A DNA stretch of 64,000 nt from IMG/VR virus record IMGVR_UViG_3300024500_000029, one strand, 5' to 3'. Positions within the stretch are counted from its first letter, which is position 1. Each line of letters opens with the position of its first letter. The position numbers were made by a program, and so were the translations under genes. Under the pieces are notes generated by a model that was given only the letters and a program-made list of their open reading frames with translations, made no database searches and was not told where the DNA came from. Positions 48,778 to 57,874 of this stretch are shown one piece after another. Source of the DNA: an uncultured virus (IMG/VR IMGVR_UViG_3300024500_000029). Lineage: Duplodnaviria; Heunggongvirae; Uroviricota; Caudoviricetes.

Positions 48778-49832
48778 AAATAAGACCATTAAAAAATTAC
48801 CAGGGTAGCATAGGTGTAGAAGTCTATGACATAGACCTCACACAGGACGATGAAATATTTGAGCTTGGTAAGCTAGTAGCAGATCAATGTGTGGTATTCA
48901 TTGATCAGGGAGTACCAACACAACGGTTATACGATGTAATGACTCAGTGGGGAAGTCCTAGTCGAGCTCTAATCCATAACTACATAGTAAGTCAGAGACT
49001 AAGTGGACGCCATTGGCGTGATTTATTCCTACAATTAGGTTACATCAATAATGGTATGGGTGAACTTGCTGGCGCAGTTAGTCGTGTTAGCTACCTAAAA
49101 GATGATCGAGGCCGGCCTAAAGGAATTTTTAGTAACGGAGAATTAGATTGGCACAGTGATCAGTGTGCATTTGATGATGCACCTCGTATGATTGGCCTAA
49201 TGAGTGTGAGCGACAGTGCAGGTAGTCAGACACAGTTTATGCCCACACACGATCAATTTATGTCCTTGAGTTCAGATATGCAAAGTATGGTAAAAGAACT
49301 TGTAGTGCGTCATAAATGGCGTGAAGGGGAAGAAGGATGTGCCCCGGGACTAAATCGTGAACAGACTATGATTATTCATTATAACGGTGTGCCACTAGAC
49401 GGAATGGAAACAAAGTTATACAGCGAAACAGTCACTGGACGCCCGGGGGTAAAATTCCCTCACTTTGATTTTGATGGGTTTGTGGGAATGAGCCAGGAAG
49501 AAAGCTGGCGCCTTTACCGTGAATTAAAGAAACATTTTTATGATGATCGTTATGTCTACACGCAGGATTGGCAGGATGGACAGATTGTGTTTATGGATCA
49601 AGAGATCACTCTACACAAGCGACCAACAAATATTCTAGATGGCGACAAAAGGATGATGCATAGGGTAATAACTTATCTTAATAAAATTAATCCCAACATT
49701 CAACCAGCGCAGACTGTCCGATATCGTGGTGAGATTTACACTCACGATGAATTTGCAAAATTAGTTGATGCAGACCGTCGCAGACAATATGAACAGGAAC
49801 TTGATGAACAAGCAAGACTCCAACCATATTAA
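48774..49832 (+). CDS. TauD/TfdA-family 2OG dioxygenase, tandem paralogue
   Basis: Same motifs; long identical stretches with the previous ORF (FSNGELDWHSDQCA, TQDWQDGQIVFMDQEITLHKRPTN). Confidence 0.85.
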   Translation: MKIRPLKNYQGSIGVEVYDIDLTQDDEIFELGKLVADQCVVFIDQGVPTQRLYDVMTQWGSPSRALIHNYIVSQRLSGRHWRDLFLQLGYINNGMGELAGAVSRVSYLKDDRGRPKGIFSNGELDWHSDQCAFDDAPRMIGLMSVSDSAGSQTQFMPTHDQFMSLSSDMQSMVKELVVRHKWREGEEGCAPGLNREQTMIIHYNGVPLDGMETKLYSETVTGRPGVKFPHFDFDGFVGMSQEESWRLYRELKKHFYDDRYVYTQDWQDGQIVFMDQEITLHKRPTNILDGDKRMMHRVITYLNKINPNIQPAQTVRYRGEIYTHDEFAKLVDADRRRQYEQELDEQARLQPY

Positions 49833-50526
49833 TAACACAGATAGGCCCTTGATATTTCTTGGGTCTAACAGTGTTATGGAAAAATATACCGAGCTCTGCG
49901 AAGAGCTTGGTATTGTAGTAGCTGGTCTGTTAGATAATGATTACTGGGGTAATACCGCCGAGCTTGGTGGAGTCAAGGTCCTTGACACAGAAAAAAACAT
50001 TGATCAGTACTTAAATAATTATAATTTTTTCTGTGCCACTAACTGGAACCCTATTGATGATCCCATAATGGTGAGAAACAGACAAAAAAGACAGTATCTA
50101 ATAGATTTGGTAAGACAAAAAAACATACAATGTATAAGCCTAGTAGATCCCACTGCTAGAATTTCCAAATATAGTAGACTGGGCAATGGGTGTTTCATTG
50201 ATTGTCACGTTATGGTTGAAAGTGGCAGTATAGTGGGCGACTTTACTAATATCTATGGACAGGTACAAGTGGGCCATAATACCACCATTGGTGAAAACTG
50301 TGTGCTGCAACGAGCAGTAGGACTAGCCTCAGCTCAGATCTTAGAAAATGATGTCTATCTAAGTTCCGGAGTTAAAGCCCTTAAGCCTGGTGTCAAGATC
50401 AGTCAGGGAACTTTTGTACACGAACTCGTCTACTTAGCTCGAGGCACAGTGTCCAATGAAGTAGTACAGTTTGGCACCAACAATACCAAAAGAGTTGAAC
50501 GACCTTACAATAGTGTATTAGGATAA
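49804..50526 (+). CDS. Hexapeptide-repeat acyltransferase (NeuD/PglD-like)
   Basis: VDPTARIS...LGNGCFI...VGDFTNI...VGHNTTIGENCVL left-handed beta-helix repeats. Confidence 0.75.
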   Translation: MNKQDSNHINNTDRPLIFLGSNSVMEKYTELCEELGIVVAGLLDNDYWGNTAELGGVKVLDTEKNIDQYLNNYNFFCATNWNPIDDPIMVRNRQKRQYLIDLVRQKNIQCISLVDPTARISKYSRLGNGCFIDCHVMVESGSIVGDFTNIYGQVQVGHNTTIGENCVLQRAVGLASAQILENDVYLSSGVKALKPGVKISQGTFVHELVYLARGTVSNEVVQFGTNNTKRVERPYNSVLG

Positions 50527-50547
50527 TGTTATAAACAAGAGGAAATT

Positions 50548-50793
50548 ATGAAAGAACAAATTAAGCAAGAAGTCAAACAAATCTTGGCCAAGCAGTTTGG
50601 TAAAACACTAGATGAAATTTCCGATGATCTGGATCTAGAAACTCTAGGCGCAGACAGTCTAGACACAGTGGAAATTGTAATGGAACTAGAACATCATTTT
50701 CAAATCGTTATTGAAGAAGATGAATACGAAGGCAAGTCTTCACTGACCAGCATTGTAGACCTTGTCTGCAAAAAGAAAAATCTTGAGTCCTAA
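50548..50793 (+). CDS. Acyl carrier protein
   Basis: LGADSLDTVEIVMELE phosphopantetheine attachment motif. Confidence 0.92.
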   Translation: MKEQIKQEVKQILAKQFGKTLDEISDDLDLETLGADSLDTVEIVMELEHHFQIVIEEDEYEGKSSLTSIVDLVCKKKNLES

Positions 50794-52303
50794 AAAGTAT
50801 CAGGTCGTTCTGTTTACAGATTTTACTGACGAGGTTTTAACTGTTAAAGCTCTAGGTGCCTATAAAATAGCCAGCGCACTACGCGAACAGGGGTATAGTT
50901 GTCTAGTAGTTGATAAACTTAGTCAGTGGACTCTTGAAGAGATTACTTCACTTGTCAACCTTGCAGTGGGACAAGAAACACTGTTTGTGGGCTTTAGCAC
51001 GACTTTTCTAAAAAATTTAGACAGGATAGACAACCTATTTTTTGGTTATGCGCCTAATCTCAGTATTTTCCCACAGGGTAAGGATTTTGAAAATAGCGTA
51101 ATTAAAGAAATACACAAGCTTAGTCCTGATTGTAAAATTTTACTGGGTGGCCACAAAATTAATCAGGACTGCGCCAACAAGAATGTCAACATAGTGGTAA
51201 GAGGTCTAGCTGAACAGGCCATTATGGATGTTGCTAACAGCCTTAGTAACAAAACTGAGATTCCCAATAGTTATAGGAATATTCACGGTGTAACGGTGGT
51301 ACATCGCGATCAGGAAAAAACCTATGATTTTGCCAACAGTGCAATGCACTGGCAGGCTAGTGATATTTTAAACTATCGTGTACTGCCTTTTGAGCCAGCT
51401 CGTGGTTGTATTTTTAATTGCAGATTTTGTAGTTTCCCACAACGTGGCAAAAAAACTCTAGACTACGTACTAACAGAAGAAATAATCTATAATGAGTTAC
51501 AGAGCAATTATGACAGATTTGGTATTACTACCTATCAGTTACTAGATGATACGTTTAATGACAGCGATCACAAACTTGATAGAATGTTATCAGTGGTTAA
51601 GCAGTTAAGCTTTCAGCCAGTATTCTGGTCCTACAACAGACTGGATCTGCTAGCTACCAAGCCCGAGCGCATTAAAAAATTATTTGATATTGGCCTAAGG
51701 GCCACTAGCTTTGGTATAGAAACTCTGAAAAAAGAGACTGGACTGGTAGTAGGTAAAGGCTTTGATGCTGCTAGACAGATACAGACTGTCAAGGATATTA
51801 AAAAAACCTACGGCAATAATCTCTTGATGCACGGACTGTTTATAATAGGTCTACCACACGAAACTCTAGAAGAAGTGCAGCATACATTTGACTTAATAGA
51901 TAGTGGTGAGTTTCCCTTACACTCGGCTTATTTCGAAGCATTGATGATAGCCAAGCCTAACCAGTATTTTTTACAGAGCGATTTTGACAAAAAATGGCCT
52001 GAGTATGGATACAGAGATCTAGGTAGTGAGGGTCAGGGCATACTCAACTGGGCTAACGATCATATGAACTTTGACCAGGCTAGAGAAAAGAAAACAGAAC
52101 TAGTGACTAGGTTGCAGCAAAGCAGTCGTTACCATATCCCTGGGCAAACCGCCTGGGCTCTAATGAACTATAATAATTTTACGCTGGACAGAGTGCAAAA
52201 TTTAAAAAACATAGAAATAGACTGGCAGGAAGTCAAGGACAGCAAACAGGCTTTTGTAACAGAATACAAGCAGAAAATGCTTGCTTTTTTAGCAACTAAT
52301 TAG
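50762..52303 (+). CDS. Radical SAM protein with B12-binding-like N-terminal domain
   Basis: ARGCIFNCRFC, LDDTFN, FGIET and IIGLPHET motifs. Confidence 0.85.
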   Translation: MSAKRKILSPKKYQVVLFTDFTDEVLTVKALGAYKIASALREQGYSCLVVDKLSQWTLEEITSLVNLAVGQETLFVGFSTTFLKNLDRIDNLFFGYAPNLSIFPQGKDFENSVIKEIHKLSPDCKILLGGHKINQDCANKNVNIVVRGLAEQAIMDVANSLSNKTEIPNSYRNIHGVTVVHRDQEKTYDFANSAMHWQASDILNYRVLPFEPARGCIFNCRFCSFPQRGKKTLDYVLTEEIIYNELQSNYDRFGITTYQLLDDTFNDSDHKLDRMLSVVKQLSFQPVFWSYNRLDLLATKPERIKKLFDIGLRATSFGIETLKKETGLVVGKGFDAARQIQTVKDIKKTYGNNLLMHGLFIIGLPHETLEEVQHTFDLIDSGEFPLHSAYFEALMIAKPNQYFLQSDFDKKWPEYGYRDLGSEGQGILNWANDHMNFDQAREKKTELVTRLQQSSRYHIPGQTAWALMNYNNFTLDRVQNLKNIEIDWQEVKDSKQAFVTEYKQKMLAFLATN

Positions 52304-52317
52304 CAAAATTACAACAG

Positions 52318-52346
52318 TTGACATTAATGCACCAAATCGTTAAAAT
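52318..52346 (+). promoter_or_regulatory. Sigma70-type promoter
   Basis: TTGACA-17-TAAAAT followed by the leader AGCGGTATAGTAA...AAGGAGC. Confidence 0.75.
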
Positions 52347-52376
52347 AGCGGTATAGTAAACGATAAGGAGCAAGCA

Positions 52377-52619
52377 ATGTTAACAACTAAACAAGCACGT
52401 GAAATTGTTAATAAACAAATTAAATATTTTCAGAGCTGGACGGATAAAAGTCGCGCTAGTGATGGTGAAGCGATGCGTAATGTTTGTTTTCACGTGGGCT
52501 ACCTTACTAAAGAAAGTGATATTGCTAAAATTAAAAATAGTCTAGAGCTTGCTGGGCATACTGGCAAGACTAGGTTGATGGGTGGTTATCTGCGTTTAAC
52601 CAACTTGGAAATAAATTAA
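52377..52619 (+). CDS. Hypothetical early protein
   Basis: Promoter plus AAGGAG RBS. Confidence 0.65.
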   Translation: MLTTKQAREIVNKQIKYFQSWTDKSRASDGEAMRNVCFHVGYLTKESDIAKIKNSLELAGHTGKTRLMGGYLRLTNLEIN

Positions 52620-52631
52620 TTAAAAAAGTAG

Positions 52632-52660
52632 TTGACAGTAATTGCACTAGATGATATAAT
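52632..52660 (+). promoter_or_regulatory. Consensus sigma70 promoter for the ncRNA island
   Basis: TTGACA-17-TATAAT. Confidence 0.85.
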
Positions 52661-52727
52661 ATAAGACTGCACTAAACGATGCAGCCCAAGTAGTAGAAAA
52701 AAGTTCTATAACAATTAGTAAAACAAT

Positions 52728-52811
52728 GCCCTGGTGGTGGAATGGTAGACACGCTAGTCTTAGGAACTAGTATCGCAAGGTGTGGGAGTTCGAGTCTCCC
52801 CTGGGGCACCA
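52728..52811 (+). tRNA. tRNA-Leu(TAG)
   Basis: Cloverleaf with variable arm and CCA. Confidence 0.93.
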
Positions 52812-53036
52812 TATTAAAATATATTAGGTTACCTAGCCAGTAGGGGGCCTAGAAGAGGATAACCACTTGACGGAGTGGCTCTTGCTAGGTCTCACGAAAC
52901 CTTGAGATAATATCAGGAGGACGCTGGAACAACTAGGAACGTAATGTGTGACACAGACAAATCCGTGGACGGCACGGTTGGGCAGAGTTCAAAGGCTGCG
53001 ATCTCTGTGAAGCATCCTAATATATTTTAATATGGT
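52808..53036 (+). ncRNA. Long-stem RNA cassette 3 (~190-nt cargo)
   Basis: Perfect 21-bp inverted repeat ACCATATTAAAATATATTAGG/CCTAATATATTTTAATATGGT. Confidence 0.65.
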
Positions 53037-53197
53037 ACAAGACTGTTCATATAACACTGCAATGGGATATGACAGGCTGCGTAAGTGTATTGGCTGGCAC
53101 AGAAGCCCCAGTAGCGGAGAGTTGAAGCACTTGCAGGTGTGGATGAGTTCCGTGACCGGGCGTCTAGGTTGGGTTCGAATCCCATCGCATTTGTTTG

Positions 53198-53337
53198 CAC
53201 CATATTGAAGCACATTTCTGTCATTGCCGTGCCAGCTTCACGGTGAGTACAAGAGTACGGAAGTAGCTACCCGACAGGTTGTACAAAGTTACAAGTGGGT
53301 TAATGACAGCCCCTTGGGAGTGTGTTTCAATATGGTG
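53198..53337 (+). ncRNA. Long-stem RNA cassette 4
   Basis: 21-bp stem with 3 G.U pairs, CACCATATTGAAGCACATTTC/GGAGTGTGTTTCAATATGGTG; inner CTGTCATT/AATGACAG stem. Confidence 0.65.
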
Positions 53338-53374
53338 GTTGACATTAAAAGAATTTAGCTGTAATATAGATACT

Positions 53375-54258
53375 TAGGGAGTTTAATCTCTTGTTAGGCG
53401 GTTCGCCGTCTAACTAAGGATAAGTGGCGTGAGTCACCCAAAGCAGAATCCTCCTACAGGACTGCGCCAGAGATGGTCCAGTTAAACAAGCCTGCTCACT
53501 ACCGCGAGGTAGCGATCACTGATAAGACCGGTGGTTGTAACAATGAAGCTGGTGTAGTGGAAAGAACTTGTATCGACTAGCCCGCAAGGGAACTAGGGTG
53601 CAAGGAAAGTAACAGGTGGTGCTGACTTCACTACAAAACCAACCAGTTAGTTGGTATGAGAAAGGGTAGTGCATTTGTCCAAGGTTTCGCAGCCAAGGGC
53701 TTGTGTGCAGTATGAATGGTACTTGGGGCTGCTGTGAGGCGTCACAAGAATCGTGAAATACTACTGAGTAGCCGGCAGGCGAAAGGTACGTGGTGTGTTG
53801 TATCGTGTATTCCAAAAGAGTATGCGGCAACTGGAGCAGCACATCATAGTAGGTTGATATAGCTCATTGGTAGAGCAACAGTCCTTTTAAACTGTAGGCA
53901 GTTGGTTCAAATCCAACTATCATTAAACAAAAACGCAAAGACTGCTCCGGTTGTATGTGAAAAGCATCTAACACTTAGGGCGTAAGCTAACTAAGTTCAG
54001 TCTAACCCGCAAGGTGAAACTGATTTGTACTAGAAGATTCGTAGCTCGCAAGGCTTAATGGACCGCAAGTTCAACGGGTAATAAGGTACAGAGTAGCATA
54101 CAATGACAAGACTACTGCCTGTCTTTAAACGGCGATGCTGCAAGCAGACTGGATCACATAGCGATATGGATCTTGTGGATGTCGTGGAGAAGATTGGCTC
54201 GCAAGGCTGACTATAATACCCGAGGTGCTTGTAGTTAAGATGTAATCTCAGTCTTAAC
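53375..54258 (+). ncRNA. Giant structured RNA, GOLLD-like (~885 nt), with embedded tRNA-like module
   Basis: Own promoter TTGACA(53339)-17-TAATAT; no credible ORF; many GNRA (GCAA/GCGA/GTAA) hairpins; long-range GGAGCAG/CTGCTCC pairing; terminal GTTAAGA...TCTTAAC hairpin; tRNA-array context. Family name from recall, not a model hit. Confidence 0.7.
53853..53925 (+). other. tRNA-Lys-like module inside the giant RNA
   Basis: Canonical D and T arms; 8-nt anticodon loop CCTTTTAA; weak acceptor stem; no CCA. Confidence 0.7.
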
Positions 54259-54349
54259 ACTTTCTAAAACACATTGTAGTGGATTTCACAAGTATGAGTC
54301 GCATTCTAAAGAGTGCCCTTGAGATTGGATATAGTGTGTTTCAGAAAGT
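54259..54349 (+). ncRNA. Long-stem RNA cassette 5
   Basis: ACTTTCTAAAACACATTGTA/TATAGTGTGTTTCAGAAAGT, 20 bp with one mismatch. Confidence 0.6.
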
Positions 54350-54541
54350 CAAGAATCCGGTTACTACTTTCCTAAAAGTAGCGTATGGCACACGACAAGG
54401 CCCGGTGGCTAGGGCACCGTTAGCGTTACTAGAGACAGACGACCTAGCAGCGTGGACACTTCGTCGGCCGTCTGCCAAACAGTGTTCGGACAGGGTAACA
54501 ACTCCAGGATAGGGGCGACCGTGGAAAAGCGTGGCCTAACC
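54350..54541 (+). ncRNA. Putative ~190-nt structured RNA (family copy B)
   Basis: Shares CAAGGCCCG, TGCCA and GGACRGRGTAACARC...GGGGC...GTRGCC with 45190-45390. Confidence 0.55.
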
Positions 54542-54543
54542 AA

Positions 54544-54702
54544 TATATTAGCAAGTGTTATCGATGAAACATTGGGTATCGTAAACTGATCATTTACTAT
54601 GCGGGCCTAACTGGCGTGGAACAGGTCCTGACATAACCAGCCATACGCTCTGGAACGGAAGCACCGGACTCCTAAATTGGCACGATAGCACTTACTAATA
54701 TA
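54544..54702 (+). ncRNA. Long-stem RNA cassette 6 (stem motif in inverted polarity)
   Basis: TATATTAGCAAGTGTTATCG/CGATAGCACTTACTAATATA, 20 bp with one mismatch. Confidence 0.55.
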
Positions 54703-54714
54703 ATACTAATATAA

Positions 54715-54789
54715 GGTTCCATAGTATATCGGTTAGTACACCGCCCTGTCACGGCAGAAGGAGGGGTTCGACTCCCCTTGGGACCGCCA
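54715..54789 (+). tRNA. tRNA-Asp(GTC)
   Basis: Cloverleaf with G73 and CCA. Confidence 0.92.
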
Positions 54790-54864
54790 AGTTTCTCTAC
54801 ACTACATCTAAGCCTTGATAGGTAGGGGAAGGCAGGTGGCTTAGGCTTGCCGAGAGTTTTTATT

Positions 54865-54941
54865 GCACCGTTAGACATCTGGTTGAGGTCACCACCCTTT
54901 CAAGGTGGCTAGAGCGGGTTCGAATCCCCTACGGTGTACCA
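54865..54941 (+). tRNA. tRNA-Glu(TTC)
   Basis: Cloverleaf with CCA. Confidence 0.88.
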
Positions 54942-55052
54942 AGATGCACAGTGTCGCTTTACGCTGTGGCAGGACGGCCTCTGTATCCTAGGACTCAAGC
55001 CTCTCAGACTGCAACTAGAGTTCTCGCAAAAGAACATAGCAAGATTTAGATT

Positions 55053-55139
55053 GGGTGCTTAGTCCCGTAATGGTATCGGGGGCAGACTGTAAATCTGTTG
55101 TCTTTGGCCTTCTCTGTTCGAATCGGAGAGCACCCACCA
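55053..55139 (+). tRNA. tRNA-Tyr(GTA)
   Basis: Cloverleaf with variable arm, A73 and CCA. Confidence 0.88.
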
Positions 55140-55155
55140 AGTTAAGAAAGTAGAT

Positions 55156-55359
55156 ATGTATAAAGTATATTGGACCTACGGTGATGAAACCTACGGTCAA
55201 GAATTTGAAGATATGACAGAAGCACTTAATTATTGTCAGCATCTTAGAAGTACTGGTAGAAAGTATGTTACTATGTGCAGCGAGCTTGCTGATATGGTTG
55301 GCGAGTTTGGTGTAACGGAAACTGGACCTGGTTATGATTGGAAAAAACGTAGAGATTAA
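55156..55359 (+). CDS. Hypothetical protein
   Basis: ORF fills the gap between two tRNAs; YDWKKRR C-terminus. Confidence 0.65.
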   Translation: MYKVYWTYGDETYGQEFEDMTEALNYCQHLRSTGRKYVTMCSELADMVGEFGVTETGPGYDWKKRRD

Positions 55360-55360
55360 T

Positions 55361-55438
55361 CCGTCCTTAGCTCAGTAGGATTAGAGCATCAGGCTACGAA
55401 CTTGAAGGTCGGGGGTTCGACTCCCTCAGGACGGTCCA
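55361..55438 (+). tRNA. tRNA-Arg(ACG)
   Basis: Cloverleaf with CTACGAA loop and CCA. Confidence 0.92.
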
Positions 55439-55449
55439 AAAATAATTAA

Positions 55450-55695
55450 ATGGATTTAATAAAAAACATTTCAGAGAAAGCCAAGGAGTCAGTGCCCAAG
55501 GGAGTACTGGCTCCTGACCTTTGGATAGAACATTATAATAAAATATTTGCTAGGTTAGTTGTACAGGAATGTCTAGACATTTTAAATGAACACATTCGGG
55601 AAGACAGTAAAGAAGAGAGGGATATATACTTAAAAAGTTTTAGACAGGATCTAAAACAACATTTTGGTCTAGGGAGAAATCAAGACAATGAATAG
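55450..55695 (+). CDS. Hypothetical protein
   Basis: FARLVVQEC motif, shared with the next ORF. Confidence 0.6.
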   Translation: MDLIKNISEKAKESVPKGVLAPDLWIEHYNKIFARLVVQECLDILNEHIREDSKEERDIYLKSFRQDLKQHFGLGRNQDNE

Positions 55696-55984
55696 CAATC
55701 TATTGGACGACCTTATGTATCAAGCAGGTATGACTGCTCAGGGTTGCTGGGACAATCTTGACGATTATGATAAAGAGGCCATACTGAGATTGGCTAAATT
55801 AATAGTGCAAGAGTGTGTAAAATCTTGCGGTAGCCAGGCAGACAAGGCTAACATCTTAAAAACTTTTGGCCTGCCTGTGGAATCCAATGTTAAATATATT
55901 AGTCCTGAAGCATCAGGTAGTGTGGACTCTCAATATAGAAGAAGATATAACCTAGCACCCACTCAGGGAGTAAATAATGACTAA
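55688..55984 (+). CDS. Hypothetical protein, paralogous motif
   Basis: LAKLIVQEC motif; GGAG RBS. Confidence 0.6.
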   Translation: MNSNLLDDLMYQAGMTAQGCWDNLDDYDKEAILRLAKLIVQECVKSCGSQADKANILKTFGLPVESNVKYISPEASGSVDSQYRRRYNLAPTQGVNND

Positions 55985-56125
55985 GAAAAAAGTCAAAACT
56001 GATACTGAACTAGATAAAAAATGTAATGCAGCAATAAAAAGAGTTAATAAACATATAGATACACTTGTTGCACGACATTTAAAAGAGATGGGACTTGTCG
56101 TAACTGATACTAAAAAAATAATTTA

Positions 56126-57178
56126 ATGAAACCCAGTCATTTTTATTTCGACGATAAAATATTAGAACGCGAACAATTACTTTTTAAACAGGCAAGATAT
56201 CTAGGACACGAACTATCTGTCAATAACTATCGCACACTTCCACAGGACAATAGTGGTAGAGTGTTAGTTAAAAACAACAACGGTATAGAGTGTATAGAAA
56301 ATGTCTGCCGCCACCGCCAAGCAGTAATGCTAACAGGCAGTGGAGAAACATCAAACATTATTTGTCCATTACACGGCTGGACCTACAATCTAGAAGGCGA
56401 ACTTGTTGGCGCCCCACATTTTGATCCTTGCCCTAATAGACCACTAAGAAAATTTAGCACACAGAGCTGGAACGGTCTATTTTTTGAATCAGGTAAGTTT
56501 AACATTGTTCGAGATCTTATTGGTATGAGAGCTGGTAAGTATTTTGATTTTAACAATTACCAGTACCATAGCACTCAGGAACATCATTGTGATTACAACT
56601 GGAAGACCTTTATAGAAGTCTACCTAGACGATTATCACGTGGTACCTTTCCATCCTGGCCTTGGTAATTTTGTAGATTGTAATAAACTAGACTGGCAGTT
56701 TGGTGACTGGTATAGTGTGCAGACTGTGGGAGTTCATAATGAATTGCGCACTCCCGGTACACCAGTTTATCGTCGCTGGCACGATGTATTAATGAATTAT
56801 CGTAAGGGACAAATACCTGAATTTGGGGCAATATGGCTGACCATCTATCCTAATGTAATGGTGGAATGGTATCCTGAAGTTTTAGTAATTTCTAGTCTGT
56901 GGCCGGAAACACCACAGCGCACAAAAAATATTGTTGAATTTTATTATCCCGAGGATATAGCTTTATTTGAACCTGAGTTTGTTCAAGCTCATCAGGCTGC
57001 CTATATGGAAACCTGTTATGAAGATGATGAAATAGCAAGGCGTATGGATCAGGGTAGATGTCATCTTAATAACAATAATTATAGTGATTACGGACCTGTA
57101 CACAATCCTATGGAACTAGGTCTAGAATATTTTTACAAGTATTACAACAATTATGTTTTTGGTTTATTTGGCGAATAA
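56126..57178 (+). CDS. Rieske non-haem iron oxygenase alpha subunit
   Basis: CRH...CPLHGW Rieske ligands; NWKTFIEVYLDDYH...H mononuclear Fe site; C-terminal EDD. Confidence 0.9.
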   Translation: MKPSHFYFDDKILEREQLLFKQARYLGHELSVNNYRTLPQDNSGRVLVKNNNGIECIENVCRHRQAVMLTGSGETSNIICPLHGWTYNLEGELVGAPHFDPCPNRPLRKFSTQSWNGLFFESGKFNIVRDLIGMRAGKYFDFNNYQYHSTQEHHCDYNWKTFIEVYLDDYHVVPFHPGLGNFVDCNKLDWQFGDWYSVQTVGVHNELRTPGTPVYRRWHDVLMNYRKGQIPEFGAIWLTIYPNVMVEWYPEVLVISSLWPETPQRTKNIVEFYYPEDIALFEPEFVQAHQAAYMETCYEDDEIARRMDQGRCHLNNNNYSDYGPVHNPMELGLEYFYKYYNNYVFGLFGE

Positions 57179-57218
57179 CAATTCGACTTAATAAACTTTT
57201 AGTAGTAAAATGTTATAT

Positions 57219-57294
57219 GGGAAGTTAGCTCAGTTGGTAGAGCGTCTGCTTTACACGCAGAATGTCGGCGGTTCGATCCCGTCACTTCCTACCA
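57219..57294 (+). tRNA. tRNA-Val(TAC)
   Basis: Cloverleaf with CCA. Confidence 0.95.
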
Positions 57295-57301
57295 ATTTTA
57301 T

Positions 57302-57377
57302 TCCAGCGTAGCTCAGTGGTAGTAGCAGTTGACTGTTAATCAATTGGTCGTTGGTTCGATCCCAACCGCTGGAGCCA
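57302..57377 (+). tRNA. tRNA-Asn(GTT)
   Basis: Cloverleaf with G73 and CCA. Confidence 0.94.
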
Positions 57378-57396
57378 ATTTTATAAGGGGAAAGTA

Positions 57397-57606
57397 ATGC
57401 TAATAACGGAAGCTCAGGGTTATAAACTCTATTGTGAAGTCACGCCAGTGGATTTTCCCCCGGCACTTTTTAGAGTGCATATTTTTACTAAGTTCGACTG
57501 GGCCAAGGACCCCGAGGCCATACAGACCAAGATGGAACTGTTTTTTGATGAGGCTGAACTGGAAGCTTTTAGAACCGCTTTGAGCGTACCACGCCTAGAT
57601 CAGTAA
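57397..57606 (+). CDS. Hypothetical protein
   Basis: AAGGGG RBS. Confidence 0.55.
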   Translation: MLITEAQGYKLYCEVTPVDFPPALFRVHIFTKFDWAKDPEAIQTKMELFFDEAELEAFRTALSVPRLDQ

Positions 57607-57625
57607 TTCCCTGTTAAATACAGGT

Positions 57626-57874
57626 ATGAAAGACCTGTTAAAGAATTTACCTCAAATATTAAGTGCTCTTCCCGAAATAGTTAAGTATTTAAAATATATA
57701 CCTATTTTAATGTTACTAGCGGGCATAGGCTATGGGGTATTGTATTATATGGACAATCACAAAGATCCCTACAAATGTGTCAATAACCACGTTTTTGAAC
57801 AGTTAAGAATAGACAGTGATGTCTATGTGTTCAAGGGCGGTACTTGCATTGATGCCAAGGACCTAGAACAATGA
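57626..57874 (+). CDS. Single-TM hypothetical protein
   Basis: TAAATA upstream; hydrophobic segment then a Cys pair. Confidence 0.6.
   Translation: MKDLLKNLPQILSALPEIVKYLKYIPILMLLAGIGYGVLYYMDNHKDPYKCVNNHVFEQLRIDSDVYVFKGGTCIDAKDLEQ

Noticed and set aside
52989..54878. Several listed short ORFs in the ncRNA island (both strands)
   Set aside because: They overlap the giant RNA, stem cassettes and tRNAs, with no RBS or recognisable motifs.
54942..55050. Possible HDV-like (theta) ribozyme after tRNA-Glu
   Set aside because: I could not build the nested double pseudoknot or find the L3 motif, and the tRNA already encodes CCA.
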